The position numbers were made by a program, and so were the translations under genes. This document shows, piece by piece, positions 25,818 to 27,314 of a stretch of DNA of 27,314 nucleotides. The stretch is from the NCBI GenBank assembly GCA_964393935.1, contig CAYMXF010000007.1, positions 1 through 27,314 of the forward strand, read 5' to 3'. The notes under the pieces were generated by a model. The model was not told the origin of the DNA. It saw only the letters and a list, made by a program, of their open reading frames with translations, and made no database searches. This DNA comes from an uncultured Planctomycetaceae bacterium (GTDB taxonomy: Bacteria; Planctomycetota; Phycisphaerae; UBA1845; UTPLA1). The stretch's first letter is position 1. Each line of letters starts with the position of its first letter.

Positions 25818-26873
25818 GGGATTTGGCTAGCGTCAGCGGCGATGACCGTGCTCCTACGCCTGTTCCTAGCCGTTGTGACGTCGCTGATCATGTCGAAGGC
25901 TCGGCGCGCGGCCGACAACACAGCGCTCCGGCACCAGTTGATCGTGCTGCGGCGCAAGCTGCCGGGCCGCGTCAGGCTCTCGAACGACGATCGTCTCTTC
26001 TTCGTCTGGCTGTGGCGGCTGTTTCCATCGGCTCTTGACGCGGTCCTGATCATTCGCCCCGAGACACTCATCCGATGGCATCGGGAGGGTTTTCGCCGCT
26101 ATTGGCGATGGAAGTCGCGTGCTCGGGGAGGCCGCCCAAGGGTCGATTCCGAGCGTCGCTCCCAGATCCGGCAAATGAATGTCGAAAATCCACTGTGGGG
26201 CGCGCCCCGCATTCACGGGGAGCGTCTCAAGCTGGGCTTCGACGTCGCTCAGTCAACCGTGGCCAAGTACATGATCAGGCGTCGCGGTCCGCCCTCACAG
26301 GGTTGGCGCACCTTCCTGCAAAACCACGCGCCCGACATCGCGGCCATCGACCTATTTGTCGTTCCCACAATCAACTTCGGTTTGCTGTACGGGCTGGTCA
26401 TTGTTGGCCTAGCCCGGCGCAACCTCATCTGGGTCAACGTCACCGCCAACCCGATGGCAGAATGGATCGCGCGGGAGATGACCGAGGCGTTTCCTTGGGA
26501 TCAGGCGCCGAGGCATCTCATTCGTGATCGCGACGGCGTGTATGGCAACGCCTTTGTCGAGCGTCTCTACGCGATGGGCATTGGCGATCACCCGATTCCG
26601 CCGCGATCACCCTGGCAAAATGCCTATGCGGAACGGCTGATCGGCTCGATCCGACGCGAATGTCTCGATCACGTCGTGGTTCTGAATGAGGCACACTTGC
26701 GGCGAATATTGAAGGCCTACGCCGACTACGACAACCGAGCCCGAACACACCGGTCTTTGAGCAAAGATTGCCCGACGCATCGGCCGGTCGAGACGAGGGG
26801 CGAGGTCAGATCGTTGTCGATCCTCGGTGGCCTTCATCACGTCTATGCGCGGATGTGATTTGCGGTACGCACA
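25780..26873 (+). mobile_element. Insertion sequence with TGT...ACA termini (IS481-like, rve/DDE)
   Basis: Left end TGTCTGTACCGAAAAC (25780-25795). Right end 26858-26873 reverse-complements to TGTGCGTACCGCAAAT (12/16 identical). The ends flank a single transposase ORF. No convincing target-site duplication. Confidence 0.72.
25842..26858 (+). CDS. DDE transposase, integrase core domain (rve/rve_3)
   Basis: ALRHQLIVLRR, PETLIRWHR, GGRP, NPLWGAPRIHGE, STVAKYM; catalytic D (AIDLF), D (IRDRD), E (YAERLIGSIRRECLDH). Confidence 0.92.
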   Translation: MTVLLRLFLAVVTSLIMSKARRAADNTALRHQLIVLRRKLPGRVRLSNDDRLFFVWLWRLFPSALDAVLIIRPETLIRWHREGFRRYWRWKSRARGGRPRVDSERRSQIRQMNVENPLWGAPRIHGERLKLGFDVAQSTVAKYMIRRRGPPSQGWRTFLQNHAPDIAAIDLFVVPTINFGLLYGLVIVGLARRNLIWVNVTANPMAEWIAREMTEAFPWDQAPRHLIRDRDGVYGNAFVERLYAMGIGDHPIPPRSPWQNAYAERLIGSIRRECLDHVVVLNEAHLRRILKAYADYDNRARTHRSLSKDCPTHRPVETRGEVRSLSILGGLHHVYARM

Positions 26874-26995
26874 ATGAGATCCTGATCCTCCGGCATTAGC
26901 TGAACGTTCTTCGGCGACCAACGCCCAACCGCGTGTCGCTGACCAGTGTCGATCGGTTGCTCTTCGCCTGGTCGTATCGCCTATGCGTGCCGAAC
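26874..26995 (+). pseudogene. 5'-truncated remnant of a second transposase of the same family
   Basis: Frame from 26876 reads EILILRH*LNVLRRPTPNRVSLTSVDRLLFAWSYRL, with TAG at 26897-26899. Homologous to ALRHQLIVLRRKLPGRVRLSNDDRLFFVWLWRL of the intact copy. Confidence 0.75.
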
Positions 26996-27068
26996 ATCCG
27001 CCGCTTGGCAGACATAGGTAATTTTTCGGACTCCGCGCTAGTATCTTAAAAGACCTGCGGCGATGTAA

Positions 27069-27314
27069 GATTCCTTCCGTGAGCCTAAGACTCACTTTGA
27101 GGTTCGGCTACGGGAGCGCCCCCTTCGATGCCACGCGTGTTACGACCGCCGCCATTCAAAGCATTCCGTCGCCGAAAACGGCTACGCCTTTCGAAGGAAC
27201 AGCGTGAGCAGATCCTCGCGACGATCATCGCCCGCGACGGCAATCCAGAGATTCGAATGGCCGCGATCGAACAGGTGGTCAATCAGTCTCCGGCGGCGTT
27301 TTATATGTTTGACA
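27069..27314 (+). other. Open frame(s) running off the window, unassigned
   Basis: One frame after TAA 27066-27068 reads ...RERPLRCHACYDRRPFKAFRRRKRLRLSKEQREQILATIIARDG... with no clear start; a second frame from GTG 27079 is also open. Confidence 0.2.

Noticed and set aside
1-27314. CRISPR arrays, tRNA/rRNA genes, known riboswitches
   Set aside because: No regularly spaced direct repeats or recognisable structural RNA motifs seen by eye; a covariance-model scan was not run.

Overview
High-GC window with alphaproteobacterial-style genes (trpB N-terminus, ATG/GTG/TTG starts). After a partial trpB and a multiply frameshifted MFS pseudogene, about 23 kb form a catabolic island centred on aminophosphonate use. 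It has a PhnS2/T2/U2-type (2-aminoethylphosphonate-like) ABC transporter, a PhnY-clade aldehyde dehydrogenase, a PhnA-like phosphonoacetate hydrolase, a phosphonate-associated GntR and an EamA permease. The usual entry enzymes (PhnW, PhnX, C-P lyase) are not in the window. In their place are four different amine-removing enzyme types (class III omega-transaminase, class IV transaminase, fold-type III D-serine-dehydratase-like enzyme, Ord/amine-dehydrogenase-like NAD(P) enzyme), two tandem non-identical ThDP E1 alpha/beta pairs with no E2/E3, a DUF1989 protein and two paralogous DeoR regulators. The most unusual gene follows phnA: a COG0523/CobW-type zinc GTPase fused in frame to a tyrosine-recombinase catalytic domain in which most catalytic residues, including the box II set, appear replaced while the fold residues are kept. 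Its extreme 3' end is overwritten by an IS with TGT...ACA ends (rve/DDE transposase), followed by a second transposase remnant. All family assignments come from motif recognition by eye; no database searches were run.
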